From: Octopus vulgaris
Lineage: Eukaryota
Assembly (NCBI GenBank): GCA_951406725.2
Contig: OX597818.1
Span: 59,458,001-59,522,000, forward strand
DNA length: 64,000 nt
Direction of reading: 5' to 3'
Shown piece by piece: positions 13,499 to 25,479 of this stretch (its first letter is position 1; every line of letters starts with the position of its first letter). The notes beneath the pieces were generated by a model that was given only the letters and a program-made list of their open reading frames with translations, ran no database searches and was not told where the DNA came from. Both the position numbers and the translations under genes were made by a program.

Positions 13499-14020
13499 CC
13501 TTCGCGTAAACCACTGGTTCGTGTTGTTCTCTTACTTTATTATCATCTTATAATCATCTCATAATAATGACCTTTATGACTCGTATTACTACCTCAGTCA
13601 ATCTAAATGTATATATTTGTTGTTACCTGTCATAAAGAGCCTTTTTCTATTTGTAATATGCATTTTCGTTGATTTTTCATATTTTACCCTTACATTTCCA
13701 CGTGTATTTTATATTTTCTTTTCGTAACATATTTCTTTTCGTAACATATATATATATATATATATATCTGTAAAATAATATGTGACATTTACTCAATAGT
13801 CAAGATAAAACTCTGAGTTTCGGATGCCGAAGTGGAAATCCACAACACCATCTCTTCGGTTATCTACTGTTGTGGATTTCCACTTCGGCATCCGAAACTC
13901 AGAATTTTATCTTCGCTATTGAATAATTGCCACATATTATAGTTACAGATAAATTCCTCTATTTACATAATATTGAGGTCTCTTTCTTTTTTTTTTGTTA
14001 TGTTACCGTTTTTACCAATA
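12921..14020. mobile_element. Penelope-like (PLE)-derived segment with inverted ends and an internal palindrome
   Basis: 12921-12985 is the diverged reverse complement of 13954-14020. Palindrome arms 13765-13847 and 13868-13951 carry a hammerhead-like motif. Embedded in (AT)n. Confidence 0.55.
13803..13865 (-). ncRNA. Minimal hammerhead ribozyme-like motif (U4C core variant)
   Basis: Minus: agataa-CCGAAGA-gatg...catc-c-GAAAC-tcaga-GUU-ttatct. Stem I agataa/ttatct, stem II gatg/catc, stem III actc/gagt-type palindrome. Confidence 0.55.
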
Positions 14021-14027
14021 TATATAT

Positions 14028-14431
14028 ACTCTTTACTCTTTTACTTGTTTCAGTCATATGACTGCGGCCATGCTGGAGTACCGCCTTAAATCGAGCAACT
14101 CGACCCTGGGACTTATTCTTTTGTAAGTCCAGTACTTATTCTATCGATCTCTTTTGCCGAACCGCTAAGAAACGGGGACATAAACACACCAGCATCGGTT
14201 GTCAAGCAATGCTAGGGAGACAATCACAGACACACAAACACACACACGCATATATATATACATATATACGACGGGCTTCTTTCAGTTTCCGTCTACCAAA
14301 TCCACTTACAAGGTTTTGGTCGGCCCGAGGCTATAGCAGAAGAAACTTGCCCAATGTGCCACGCAGTGGAACTGAACCCGGAATCATGTGGTTGGTAAAC
14401 AAGCTACTTACCACACAGCCACTCCTGCGCC
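14028..14431 (-). mobile_element. SINE family B
   Basis: Reverse complement of the family B consensus, complete head and tail. Confidence 0.85.
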
Positions 14432-14444
14432 TATATATATATAT

Positions 14445-14453
14445 AGATCGATC

Positions 14454-14503
<50 letters not shown>

Positions 14504-14512
14504 CTGCTAGAC

Positions 14513-14594
<82 letters not shown>

Positions 14595-14649
14595 CCAGAT
14601 AGATAGATAGATACATAGAAAGAGAGATACATAGATAGATAGATAGAAA

Positions 14650-14684
<35 letters not shown>

Positions 14685-14777
14685 CATAGATACAGAGATA
14701 CATAGATAGATATATAGAAAATAGATAGATAGATAGATAGATAGATACATACATACATACATACATACATACATACA

Positions 14778-14806
<29 letters not shown>
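14445..14806. repeat. (GATA)n/(CATA)n microsatellite
   Basis: Direct reading. Confidence 0.95.
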
Positions 14807-14808
<2 letters not shown>

Positions 14809-15121
14809 TTATATATATCAACTTTGGTTTCTAAGTGAGAATTATCAAATGATTTATAAGTTGTCTCAATCAGATATTAAAGGCGGCATCGTACCACACT
14901 GTTTCCGTAGCAGAAGATTTACGTTTGATGATTATGTTCAATATTTTACGCTCAAGAAATTGCTTCATCGGTCATGACACTATATTTCCGAATACAATCT
15001 TTAAAATATTTAATTTCTGCCTTACAAATCGTTGTGCAATTTACGGCTGATGAGCTCGTCATTATCTCGGGAACGAAATCGATACGGCCGTCTGTATTCC
15101 TTATCTCTTTCTCGTTCTCTT

Positions 15122-15518
15122 TCTCTTTTACTTGTTTCAGTCATTTGACTGCGGCCATGCTGGAGCACCGCCTTTAATCGAGTAACTCGATCCCGGGACT
15201 TATTCTTTGTAAGCCCAGTACTTATTCTATCGGTCTCTTTTTTGCCGAACCGCTAAGTAACGGGGACGTAAACACACCAGCATCGGTTGTCAAGCGATGC
15301 TAGGGGGACAAACACAGACACACATACACACATATACACATATATGCATATATACGACAGGCTTCTTTCAGTTTCCGTCTACCAAATCCACTCACAAGGC
15401 ATTGGTTCGCCCGAGGCTATAGCAGAAGACACTTGCCCAAGATGCCACGCAGTGGGACTGAACCCGGAACCATGTGGTTGGTTAGCAAGCTACTTACCAC
15501 ACAGCCACTCCTGCGCCT
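15122..15518 (-). mobile_element. SINE family B
   Basis: Match to the other copies. Confidence 0.85.
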
Positions 15519-15805
15519 ATCTTAACGTTAAACATGAAAACAGAAGCAGAAATACAATCAATCGTTAGTTCCCAATGTGTGTCTAATAGGCACATTTACA
15601 CATATATTAACATGTATATTAACATATGTGAGGAGGCGCAATGGCCTAGTGGTTAGGCCAAGCGATTAAGGATGCCAGTGGATTTCAACACGGCGGACTG
15701 GGAAGATGTTTCTAAGGGTTAAGACGTGCTGAGGAAGGTAGGAACTTTGTGTCAAACCAGAAACCTGTTCGCGTATAAACCTATTCTATTAAATATATAG
15801 CTTTA

Positions 15806-16114
15806 TGGAAGCGCAATGGCCCAGTGGTTAGGACAGCGGACTAGCGGTCGCAGGATCGCGGTTTCGATTCCCAGACCTGGCGTTGTGAGTGTTTATTGAG
15901 CGAAAACACCTAAAAGCTCCACGAGGCTCCAGCAGAGGGTGGTGATCCCTGCTGTACTCTTTCACCACTCTTTCTCTCTCTCTCTTTCTTCTGTTGGCCT
16001 GCTCGCTTAGCCAGCGGGGTGGCGTCATTCGAAGGCTAAAAAACAATGTGAACGCATTGTGACCAGCGATGTGTAACAACATCTAATGGTCTGGTCGGTC
16101 ACGTGATCACGTGA
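15806..16114 (+). mobile_element. tRNA-derived SINE family C with cacgtgat tail
   Basis: Head gcgcaatggcccagtggttagg (A box) and ggtttcgattccc (B box); tail ggtcacgtgatcacgtga. Confidence 0.85.
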
Positions 16115-17117
16115 TTAACATGTATATTAACATATATATTAACACATATTAACTACAGAGTTTGCAGTCTGAAATTCTTTGAAGAAATTTCCAGGCTTAA
16201 ATCAGACATTTATAAGTCTTTATATTCTTTCATAATACAAACCAATTGTTATCTCATGAGGTTTCCAAGCAAATTTAAGTTATCTTTTGTTCAGTTCCTC
16301 TTGTAAACTAATTTTAAATCTTTTTTAGCTTACCGATTCTTTTCTTTGAATTTACAAGATTCAATTTCTTTGCTTATATCAGCTAAAGTAATACAATTTT
16401 ATACAATCACACTGACTATTTTTTGTCGTTTTTGTCTTTTGCTTTTTTTTTTATTATTTTGTAATTTAATTTACTTCTCAATCTGATCTGTGTTGCAGTG
16501 TTTATAATATAAACTCTCCTTTCTTATAATCGCTTTACTTTGCAAAACTGTATAAACCATGGCGTTCTCTCCCCCCTTCTCGCCCTCTCCCTCCTTTCTC
16601 TGTCTCTACCCCATTTTTGCCTCTTGCCCCTTCTCTCTGTCTCTCTCTCTCCTTGGTTTTTCTCTTCATCCTCGCTCTCATTTCTCTGTAATAGGATCAA
16701 CTTTCATTTAAATTCAAAATTGCTGAAGACCAGCATCACACTTGCAGCTCGAATTTCATTCAAACTGTTTTGACCGAATCGGAGTAGGAACAGAATTGAA
16801 ACAGGATGTGTTGATCCAAACATGTAACTCACGATAAATGCGTTTAATGCCCTTCTTTCGATTGTCCGCTCAATCGTGAATGCAAAACATCTGGACAGCT
16901 AGGTGATACAAAAAGGAACAACAAAACATCCAGATAGACGATACAAGGGAAACAAGGATGGGTCATTCGAAGTTTTTGTTTCATTAGTTAAGCACCAGAT
17001 TATCCTCGCAATTTCGGCTGATTATTCTTGATATTGTTGTTACACATCACTGGTTCCCAATGCGTTCGCATTGTTTTAGCCTTTGAATGACGCCACCCCG
17101 CTGGCTAAGCGAACAGG

Positions 17118-17169
<52 letters not shown>

Positions 17170-17174
17170 TACTG

Positions 17175-17227
<53 letters not shown>

Positions 17228-17689
17228 AAGGACAATTTAAAACAAATATAAATATAATAAAAATAATAACAATACATAACAACAGGTGCCTCTCGACCAA
17301 GGACGTAGTGAATTAAGCTGGTGCGTGCGGAAATGAAGCCTTACGACTGAGATACAAGTCTGTCACAAGCACAAGGAAGAATATCGATTGCACGGACAAC
17401 GGTCAGACCAAGAACTAAAGAACAGGCTGTGTCGAACGGCGGTCACGTAGGAAGAGAAGAGAGAGAAATAGGAGCAGAGGGACAGAGGAATTAAGGAGAG
17501 GCGAGACAAAATGACAGGGACACAGTGACGTGAAAGGGGGAGGGGAAAGTGACTAAGAGAAGGCAAAAAAATATGAGAAAGGGGGAAGGAAAGAACGAAG
17601 AGTAGAATAAACGAATAAGCGTGAAAGGGTCGATAGACTGAAATAGAGTCGGACAAGATTTAGAAAAATGTGTCCTATTTTTTGTATTC

Positions 17690-17736
<47 letters not shown>

Positions 17737-17738
<2 letters not shown>

Positions 17739-17965
17739 GGAGTAAACACATAAATGTGAAACAAGGTGGAAAAAAGAGTACTCAAATACCAGTGGTAGAG
17801 TAATATGCTTTATTTTAAGCAGCAGAAAATTCAACAAAATCTGTTACTCTGAGTTTCTCGTTGCCGTTCATCAGACAGTTTTTTCTAGCAAAAACTGTCT
17901 GATGAACGGCAACGAGAAACTCAGAGTAACAGATTTTGTTGAATTTTCTGCTGCTTAAAATAAAG
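17737..17965. mobile_element. PLE-derived fold-back element in (AT)n (perfect 76-bp inverted repeat)
   Basis: 17808-17883 is the exact reverse complement of 17890-17965, spacer tctagc; each arm has a hammerhead motif. Confidence 0.7.
17891..17937 (+). ncRNA. Minimal type I hammerhead ribozyme motif (mirror copy on minus strand at 17836-17882)
   Basis: aaaactgt-CUGAUGA-acg gcaa cga-GAAAC-tcaga-GUA-acagatttt. Canonical core, stem I ctgt/acag, GCAA-capped stem II, short stem III. Confidence 0.75.
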
Positions 17966-18083
<118 letters not shown>

Positions 18084-18086
18084 TAT

Positions 18087-18200
18087 CACGTGATCACGTG
18101 ACCGACCAGACCATCAGATGTTGTTACACATCACTGGTTCCCAATGCGTTCGCATTGTTTTAGCCTTTGAATGACGCCACCCGCTGGCTAAGCGAGCAGG

Positions 18201-18203
<3 letters not shown>
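18087..18203 (-). mobile_element. SINE family C 3' fragment (shorter duplicate at 17035-17120)
   Basis: tcacgtgatcacgtgaccgaccagacc... tail; both copies are followed by (AT)n-ggtactg. Confidence 0.75.
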
Positions 18204-18262
<59 letters not shown>

Positions 18263-18329
18263 GGTACTGTAAATTTAGAGTGAATGCTTGATAAGTGTAA
18301 GCACCTCTCTTTTTAATTTATATTTGATA

Positions 18330-18382
<53 letters not shown>

Positions 18383-18870
18383 TACTTTCTATAACTGTTT
18401 GTGTGCACATAACGTTTAGTCATATATCTCTTCATTTGCCAGTTTATAAAATATTTTTTTATAAATTGACCACACATTCTGCCCACACTTGTGCAGAGTT
18501 AATTTTCGGTTGTATGCGTGCGTGTTGGTGTGGGTTTGATTATGTTTTGTAAGAAGTGATCAGCTCGAAACATTGGTAGGCGTGTGATCAATTATGAAAT
18601 CTGAAAATCAAATTTCGTAACTGCACAGTTTGTGTTTGTGTGTTTGTGGGGTGGGGTGGGGTTCGAAACTTTATCTAATAACTTATCTTCCAGAATCGAA
18701 GTGTCTAATGCAGGTTTATGCAAAATTTCAGTTTAATTATGAAGGCTCAGAAATGGCTATGTGATTTTAATGCTCAATATGTAAACATGTTTTCGGATTT
18801 AGTTTTACAACGCGAATTCTTGGGCAAATGCCTAATATATCTTATGAGGGAATGCTTTAGATGGAAAGTA

Positions 18871-19106
18871 CGGCGAGCTGGCAGAAACATTAACGCGCCG
18901 GGCGAAATGCTTAGCGGTATTTCGTTTGCCGTTACGTTCTGAGTTCAAATTCCGCCGAGGTCGACTTTGTCTTTCATCCTTTCGGGGTCGATAAATTAAG
19001 TACCAGTTACGTACTGGGGTCGATGCAATCGAATTAATCCCTTTGCCTGTCCTTGTTTGTCCCCTCTGTGTTTATCCCCTTGTGGGTAATAAAGAAATAG
19101 AAATAG
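18871..19106 (+). mobile_element. SINE family A monomer
   Basis: cggcgagctggcagaaac...aaagaaatag. Confidence 0.85.
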
Positions 19107-19225
19107 GAAACTGCGTCGAAGCTCATCGAGTGTATACCTGTGTGTGTTAGCATAAAGTTATACTAACATATTTCGTTTTTGGATTCGGTTTGCAAGATTC
19201 TTGATGTGATTTCGTGTGTTGAAGC

Positions 19226-19839
19226 ATATTCTTTTGTGTCTGGGGAGAGTCATTTTCTTTTTGTGCCGCATAACTTAACACACTCACCGATAAAATTTCC
19301 ACTTATTCCTTATTTTTATTTTCCTAAAATTTTCGTTGCGTCTTGCAACCTCTTCAATAGTCTTGACTCTACCAAGACTATTGAAAAGGTTGCAAGACGC
19401 AACGAAGATTTTAGGAGATTAAAAAAAAAAGTAAGAATCAAGTGGAAATTTTATCCGGTGAGTGTGTTACATTATCACATGATCACGTGACCGACCAGAC
19501 CATCAGCTGTTGTTACACATCGCTGGTCACAATGCGTTCGCATTGTTTTAGCCTACGAATGACGCTACCCCGCTGGCTAAGCGAGCAGGCCAACAGAAGA
19601 AAGAGTGAGAGAACATTGTGGTGAAAGAGTACAGCAGGGTTCGCCACCACCCCTCGCCGAAGCCTCGTGGAGTGTGAAGAATTTTCGTTCAATAAACACT
19701 CACCACGCCTGACCTGGGAATCGAAACAGTGATCCTACGACCGCGAATCCGCTGCCCTAACTACTGGCCCGTTGTGCCTCCATGTGTTACATTATAGGGC
19801 ACAAAAAGAAAATGACTCTTCCCAGACACAGCAGAATAT
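19226..19839. mobile_element. PLE-derived palindrome with degenerate hammerhead motifs, interrupted by a SINE
   Basis: Arms 19226-19365 versus 19373-19475 plus 19796-19839. Motif cta-UUGA(A/G)A-g gttgc aagac gcaac-GAA(A/G)-attt-tag. Confidence 0.6.
19476..19782 (-). mobile_element. SINE family C with 13-bp TSD
   Basis: TSD tgtgttacattat at 19463-19475 and 19783-19795. Confidence 0.9.
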
Positions 19840-20824
19840 ACTAATATACATTGCAAGATTTATTAAGAAATGCTAGCCATTAAAATATACTGCCACCATT
19901 AAAATATACTGTAGTCTCAAAATGATAATTATATCAATCATCCATTTGAATAGTATTCTATACCTAGTCGAAATATCAATTATGGAAAGTATTTTTGTAT
20001 GTCATTACGTTACTTAGCAATATTAATCCACAAGAAAATGTCTACGAGACACAGCTTATAGATTTTGATTATATATCAATGTTCACCAGGCATTATCACA
20101 ATTTCTTGCCTTTAGCAATATCGATATTTACCAAAATTCCTGCAAATATGCTGTAGTATTTTACTATATAACTTTAGCGATTATTTTTAACGTTAAAATT
20201 TTTTAATACACTCCATTTTATTTTACCATTATAATAATATCTCCCATATAAGTAGCTTCGGAAACATGAAATTTGATAAGTATGGAAGACTGCAAAATTC
20301 GATTATATGAGTTAATTTATAATTGTATTACATATCTTATCGCATGCATTATTTTGAATAATGTTAGTCTTTACAAGTTACACATTTACTTTAAAGTACA
20401 ATTTTACGGATGGGTATTTCTTTGTTCATATTACTTCGCCTTAATAACAGGGATATGATTTAGTGGGTACTGTGTGTATGTATTGAAAATGCTTGCATTA
20501 ATGACCGACAGTTTATATGTGGAAGGACTGAGTTATATGAATTTATTCTTGATTTATATTTAAGTTACGGTTTGTTTTTTTTTTCTTTTATATTTACTGA
20601 ATATTTTTTTAAATGTAGCCAATCAATCATACATTTATTAGGTTCATTGACATATAAAATCTTTGAGGCCTTTTTTCTTTTCCTTAAATAACTGAAATTC
20701 CTTTAGAAATATCCTGTTGCAAGATCCATGTTTATTATTTTTTTTCTTTTTTCAGATTTCAGATTCTAACATTCATGCCCTATTTCATTTCAAAAGTTGA
20801 GTTATTCTCTGATAATAATAATTC

Positions 20825-21035
20825 TTTGTACTATAGGCACCAGGCCTGAAATTGTTATGGTGTGGGGTGCAGTTGATTAGACCGACCCCGATACGCAGCT
20901 GGTACTTAAGTTATCGACCCCGCAAACATGAAATGCAAAGTCGACCTCGTTAGTATATGATTTCAGAACGTAGCGGCAGATGAAATTCCCTTAAGCTTTT
21001 AGCCCGGTGGGTTAACTATTTTGCCAGCTCACCGC
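20825..21035 (-). mobile_element. Older diverged family A-related SINE
   Basis: ggtacttaagttatcgacccc...gcaaagtcgacctcg...gccagctcaccg. Confidence 0.65.
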
Positions 21036-21134
21036 ATCTTTTTCTAATAGTATTCATACTGCTTCCGCATGCAAAGGTAAGTATTCCAAGCAGCTACCAG
21101 ATTGATTTTCAGACGTTAACGATCAAAATACATC

Positions 21135-21180
21135 TCATCGTGACCAACATTTACATGGTTTGCAAGAGTTTTTCTTAAAC
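21135..21180 (-). CDS. Candidate terminal coding exon of an unknown Cys-rich protein
   Basis: Acceptor gtttgccag|g; phase matches the upstream exon; reads (M)FKKNSCKPCKCWSR*. Confidence 0.3.
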
Positions 21181-21685
21181 CTGGCAAACCTAAATGCGTT
21201 AAAATATTTTAACTTCGGAGCGAGAGAGAGGTGGGTAGGTGAGCGAGAGAGAAATGGGTAGGTGAGCGAGAGAGAGGTGGGTAGGTGAACGAGAGAGATC
21301 GTGAGTTTCAATTTTGTATTTAACATTTTTAAAATATTAATTTTTAGAATCAATTTAGAATTCATTCACTTTATAATTGCACTCAAATGTACAAAAGAAT
21401 AAACAATGATGGATATTTGCATATTATTGCAGCGTCAACTGGTGCGGTTTAAAATGCTATTAATTTATTCGTAAAGAGAATATAGAATATTTCTCATATT
21501 CAGTATTATTTCTGTAGTTTTTCCCTTTAATATTAACTTTAAAGTTGTATTGTTTATGGTTGCAGAAGGATAGGTAGTGAAGTTTTAATTGTGATATACT
21601 TTGAAACTGGCTATGTTACTTATATAGAAATAAATCTATTTCCAACAATGAAAATATAAAACAAAATAATAGGTTCACTTCTTAC

Positions 21686-21828
21686 ATTCCAAATAGAGTA
21701 GATTTGTTCACACTCAGCCCTGCATATATTTCAATCTGCATACCTTCTAAGCTGTAACCAGTTAGTTTTCGTACTGCTATGACTAATTGTGACCCACTGA
21801 CATTTGACTTTCTAGGAGTTACACAGCG
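21686..21828 (-). CDS. Candidate coding exon, unknown protein
   Basis: Acceptor atatttcag|, donor |gtaaga; 143 nt; RCVTPRKSNV...NKSTLFG. Confidence 0.35.
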
Positions 21829-21895
21829 CTGAAATATTTTGGAGAGTGCAATGTCGTTATACATATTATTTGTAAAAAAATTCAGCATCTCTTAC

Positions 21896-22111
21896 GAAAG
21901 ACTGCAAGAAAATCTTCTTGCTCATCCTATTACATTCGTTGAACCAGTCTTCCTGTGAAAATGACACATTGCAGCGTGTGCCTACAAGATTTAATCCGGC
22001 TTCGACTCTCTTGTTTATGCTGAAAACACAGGTGCAATTTATGAAAATTGCATCAGTTCTCTGATGGTTACTACAATAACACAAGTTCTCAAATCCATTT
22101 CTAGTATTCAT
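21896..22111 (-). CDS. Candidate coding exon, unknown Cys-rich protein
   Basis: Acceptor tttaattttag|, donor |gtaaga; 216 nt, phase 0/0, open frame with 6 Cys; non-repetitive sequence. Confidence 0.35.
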
Positions 22112-23492
22112 CTAAAATTAAAGCCACCATCATTTAACAAACTTTACATGGAGCGCGAGTATAAAACTGGAAAAATAAAGTTCTATCAGGTCGTAATAAA
22201 ATATTTTAATGTGAAATTAAAGATTTTGCAAAAAGTCTTAAAAGCGAATTTTTCAATAATTTCGATGTTTTTAGCGGCTTGCAACTAACCCCTACCTACC
22301 TGTATACATACATACATACATACATACATACACACACACAGATATATATATATATATATATCTATATATATATATATGTATGTGTGTGCATGTATGTATG
22401 TATGTATACATCTATGTATGTATGTATGTATACATTTATGTATGTAAGTATGTGTATGTATATGTGTAGCGAGTGTGTATGTATGCGTGTGCATGTGTGT
22501 GCGCCTACGGATGTGTGTGTATTCGCTGTAAATTCTACTTAAGTTTTATGATGAAGTATTTTCACTTACTAAGACGCATTTTATAGATCGTCAGTAAAAT
22601 CTTTCGTTTTAACAAATTTTTTTATGCCATTGTAAATAAATTTATTGACTTCGCCAAAACCCGAAATCTTAGAAGGTCAACGTTGGAAAAATGTAAGTCT
22701 CGTGACACGTTTGTACACGCATACATATACACTTACACACATATACACATATCCATTCAACTATTCTTTTATTTGTTTCAGTCATTTCACTGCTACCTAT
22801 ATTTTTTTTAATAATTTTTGACAAAAAGTGTTCCTTATACACATCAAAATATTATAATTGTGCTTCGTTCCCATGAAGGAAATTTAATGTTCAGCAATAA
22901 ATCAAATAATTTTTCGGAAATAGAAAACGAATTTTTATGCTGATATTCTAAGTCATGAAAACATGTGATGTTCCGGCCTAAGGGATCGATCAGTCTATCA
23001 TCTTTTTTAAGCAGTTGCTTCCATCCAGATCACAGTCTCACTTCCCCATAACTCTCCTGCGTTCCCAGCATCATGTTTGTCCTATACACATTTTCTTTAA
23101 TACAACAATCAGAGACAGGCGTGCGTGAGCTCTATTTGTCTCCCGCTTTCTTTCTCCCGCACATACACACTAAGCGTGTACAGCACTCACTTAGAAGCAA
23201 CATGGATGCACCAGATGCTAAGCCCCAAAATCAAACAATATTTCTCTTGGTAATTGCACATCGTTAGCTAGACCTAAATTCCAAAGACTTGCCCGTTTCC
23301 CTAGGGACAGTAAATATTTTAGCTCTACCCACCAATACGGCTAATACTCGTCAATGATCCAATAAGATACAAATTGACTATTGTTGTCCCATTTGCGATG
23401 GTACTACGGTTTCACACACAAACTTGGGCCCCTTCCAGGAATCGTCTGAGCGACAAATTAACATAACGATCACTCAGAAACACTCATTTAGT

Positions 23493-23885
23493 CGCAGGCA
23501 TGGCCGTGTGGTAAGAAGTTTGCTTCTCAACGGCATGGTGCCAGCTTCAGTTTCACTGCATGGCACCTTGGGTAAGTGTCTTCTACTATAGATTCGGGCT
23601 GACCAAAGCCTTGTGAGTGGATTTGGTAGACGGAAACTGAAAGAAGCCCGTCGTATATGTTTAAATATAAATCTATGTATATGTTTGTGTGTGTTTGTCC
23701 CTCTACCACCACCATCGCTTGAGAACCGATTTTTAAGATTACGTCCCCGAAACTTAGCGATTCGGCAAAACAGAACTATATAATAGGTAGTAGGCTTACA
23801 AAGAATAAGAAAGTCCTGGGGTCGATTTCTTCGACTAAACGTGGTGCTCCAGCATGACCGCAGTCGAATGACAGGAACAAATAGA
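23493..23885 (+). mobile_element. SINE family B (diverged)
   Basis: Match to family B. Confidence 0.75.
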
Positions 23886-24411
23886 AGAACAAAAGAACAT
23901 CATTTTTCTCACAGACATTCTGTCTCTCTATCTTTCCTGCTGCTATAATGGCTTCTATTGGCTCGTCTTGTACCTCCTCCACTTTAGCACTCTCGGGCCA
24001 AATGTCTCTTCTTTCATCATCTTTATATACTGTCCCTACCCAGCCTTTATACTAACCCCTTAGCTACGTGTCTCTTTTCCCCTAAGGCATCGATCCTCTA
24101 CTTATCCGCCCTTCATGCTGTTCTCCTGCTGATATTGGCATGTAACAGTTCGAAAGGAGCATTCATAGATCAGTTCCGTCACTCTCGGAAAATGAGCAAA
24201 GTGCGCTGCCACTTTATCCAGGAACATTAAAAAGAGAAATGTATATGGCGCAGGAGTGGCTGTGTAGTAAGTTGTTTGCTTACCAGCCACATGGTTCCGG
24301 GTTCAGTCCCACTTCGTGGCACCTTGGGCAAGTGTCTTCTACTGTAGCCGCGGGCCGATCAAAGCCTTCTGAGTGGATTTGGTAGACGGAAACTGAAAGA
24401 AGCCCATCATA

Positions 24412-24451
<40 letters not shown>

Positions 24452-24453
<2 letters not shown>

Positions 24454-24835
24454 AAAATAGTAAAGTGTGAAAAAACGACAGAAGGCTTAAATGTTAAAAG
24501 ATATATATATTTGTGTCAAAATGTCTGGAGAATATTGGAAAAATTTTTTTTCCTTTCCTTAAAATGACATAATTTTTAATTTTTTAAAGAAATTACCGGT
24601 TTCGCGTGTAGCTTTTCAAATTTCTTGTGACGTTATGTTTATATTGCATGGATTTATCGTTGTTTTTATTTCCAGGAGATTTCTAAATAAGGGGAGGTAG
24701 TGAGTGATTTTTTCCGGTGTAGGGGAGATAATCGCTTCAAATCTAACTTTACTTGTGCCTCTGAAAACATAATTTATGTTATTAAATGCTCGGGCTGCCA
24801 CCAAGACTACGTGGGTTCCACGGGACTATCACTCA
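24452..24835 (+). mobile_element. Penelope-like element fragment: GIY-YIG endonuclease piece plus an inverted LTR piece
   Basis: FTCASENIIYVIKCSGCHQDYVGSTG is a PLE GIY-YIG motif with CxxC; antisense hammerhead at 24587-24626. Confidence 0.8.
24587..24626 (-). ncRNA. Minimal hammerhead ribozyme, U3-A8 core variant
   Basis: Minus: aagaaat-UUGAAAA-gc tacac gc-GAAAC-cg-GUA-atttctt. Perfect 7-bp stem I, 2-bp stem II, palindromic stem III accggt. Confidence 0.65.
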
Positions 24836-24847
24836 AACTTTCTTATC

Positions 24848-24911
<64 letters not shown>

Positions 24912-25479
24912 TGTCTGTGTCTGTGTTTGCCCCCCCCCAACATCGCTCGACAACCGATGCTGGTGTGTTTACGTCCCTGTAACTTAGCGGTTCGGCAAAG
25001 GAGGCCGATAGAATAAAAACTAGGCTTACAAAGAATAAGTACTGGGGTCGATTTGCTCGACTAACGGCGGTGCTCCAGCATGGCCGCAGTCAAATGACTG
25101 AAACAAGTAAAAGAGTAAAAGAGTCTATACTCATAAAAGAGCCACTCCTGTGAGGTTTGAAGATAGAGACGAAAAACATTCGATTATTAATATCATAAAT
25201 TATGATATAAGAAATCGCATTCTTTAATTTAGAAACGTGATTAATTGTTTGGTAATTAATTTGATTAGTCTTCCAATAAATTTTGTATCGTTTGTATTCT
25301 ATTGATATGTGACTGAGAGAACAGCATACAGCAGTTGAAAATCTCAAATATAATAGTGGTGAAGGGTAATTGAGTTCCAATATAAAATATTTAAATTATG
25401 ACGAAAAATGAAAATATTATTTACTTATCTTTCATATTAATTTTATTGACAAATCATTTTAGCATGTTATGAAAGAGTA

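Larger units (their letters stand above)
24247..25123 (+). mobile_element. SINE family B with a Penelope fragment nested in its internal (AT)n
   Basis: Head at 24247-24410 and tail at 24900-25123, separated by foreign sequence. Confidence 0.8.

Noticed and set aside
16716-16765. ctgaaga...gctcgaattt hammerhead-like relic (also cagctcgaaacattggta at 18561, ctgacga at 42533, ctgatga at 49629 and 60643)
   Set aside because: Each lacks the second core box or supporting stems.
21051-21082. Plus-strand 26-nt micro-exon with strong-looking splice sites (ttttctaatag|...aaag|gtaagt)
   Set aside because: Adjacent to an old SINE end, no linked exons could be identified, and such motifs are frequent by chance in AT-rich DNA.
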